Shown here piece by piece: positions 18,908 through 18,978 of a stretch of DNA of 18,978 bases. The first letter of the stretch is position 1, and each line of letters starts with the position of its first letter. Under the pieces are notes generated by a model. That model was not told the origin of the DNA. It made no database searches and saw only the letters and a list, made by a program, of their open reading frames with translations. Source of the stretch: Octopus sinensis (Eukaryota); contig NW_021824369.1 in the NCBI RefSeq assembly GCF_006345805.1, positions 1 through 18,978 of the forward strand, written 5' to 3'. The position numbers and the translations under genes were made by a program.

Positions 18908-18978
18908 AATATATATATACATATATATATATATACATATATATATACATATATATATACACACATATATATATATAT
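18794..18978. repeat. (TA)n-rich microsatellite running to the window end
   Basis: Read directly from the sequence. Confidence 0.95.

Overview
Gene-poor, repeat-saturated animal genomic DNA. The repeat families look like coleoid cephalopod (Octopus-like) ones; this is inferred from recalled repeat sequences, not from a search. I can support no intact host gene, and most ORFs in the track are microsatellite artefacts. Four decayed retroelements are present: a 5'-truncated Penelope-like element (PLE; GIY-YIG endonuclease, fold-back 5' end, pLTR), an RTE-clade LINE with its RT domain deleted, an L1/Tx1-clade 3' fragment, and a Dong/R4-clade LINE in (TAA)n. There are also about 10 tRNA-derived SINE copies or fragments from three families and many microsatellites. 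The most notable signal is hammerhead ribozymes (HHRs). A type I HHR with an intact core (minus strand, 7069-7139) lies in a non-coding, (TA)n-embedded ~430-nt unit whose interleaved inverted repeats imply a tandem or circular template (retrozyme-like). A minimal U4C-variant HHR lies in the PLE pLTR (6656-6700). Weaker or degenerate HHR-like motifs occur at 184-216, 260-336, 3097-3142 and 3846-3883. All pairings were found by eye; no folding or database search was run.
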